DNA of 64,000 nt from Chlorokybus atmophyticus (taxonomy: Eukaryota; Plantae; Mesostigma and Chlorokybus algae). Below are positions 63,542 through 64,000 of the stretch, piece by piece (the first letter of the stretch is position 1; each line of letters starts with the position of its first letter). The stretch covers positions 1-64,000 of the forward strand of contig RHPI01003169.1 of NCBI GenBank assembly GCA_009103225.1. Reading direction: 5' to 3'. Both the position numbers and the translations under genes were made by a program. The notes beneath the pieces are model-generated. The model was not told where the DNA came from. It searched no databases and saw nothing but the letters and a program-made list of their open reading frames with translations.

Positions 63542-64000
63542 AGCTGGTAGCCGTTTATGTATATACGGCTACCAGTACCTGTGTTTTTATTTCTGATACA
63601 TAATCGTGAAGGAAATTACGGAGATGTAGGTGACTTGGGGATGAAGAATGTATTAGACCTGCCGTCCCGTCAAATCGCTTTATAACTAACAGATGTCGGC
63701 ATTAAGTTTCCTACATCACCTGTTGGCCAGATTGTTTGCGTTGAGTTGGGGAAGTCTTTAACTCATGTGCTAGTTGTCGTGCCTGCCATGGTCGAGGGCA
63801 ACTTTGTCTCGGACAGGCTGCGGAGGAGTGCTAGTGCTGCACGCATGCTAGTGCCGTGCATTGCATTGGAGTCATATAAGCAAAAGACAACCCCCCAATC
63901 GTGGGCATAGGCTTGAAGATGAGCCTACGCGGTGTTGAGTGCAGTGGATGAGCCGATGCCGCTCGCCACCTTTGTGTACAGACTGTGTCGTAGTGCACAC

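Overview
This is intron-rich eukaryotic nuclear DNA in the standard genetic code. It is most likely from a chlorophyte green alga, inferred from GT/GC-AG introns, a phytoene synthase with a transit-peptide-like N-terminus and a PHD-bearing Gypsy element. Positions 609-4215 hold a decayed, 3'-truncated Ty1/copia element. Positions ~4.9-42.5 kb hold spliced host genes: a SMYD-like SET/MYND gene with lesions, two convergent G6PD paralogs, RPN2, threonine aldolase, a MAPEG protein, an ANTH/AP180 clathrin adaptor and phytoene synthase. The main result lies at 43.7-61.2 kb. A Gypsy integrase is split by a 14,756-bp DNA transposon (46012-60767) with 8-bp TIRs CGTCGCAA..TTGCGACG and a 2-bp GT target duplication; removing it restores the integrase frame. 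The element encodes a Plavaka-type transposase and four spliced passenger genes: (i) a Cys-rich/Tudor/phage-type C5 DNA methyltransferase fusion, (ii) an OTU protease probably spliced to a RING finger, and (iii, iv) two unknown genes. This copy carries stops and frameshifts. The window ends in a foldback/MITE-like structure. No rRNA, tRNA or CRISPR was seen. All gene models are by eye and unverified by database search or RNA data.
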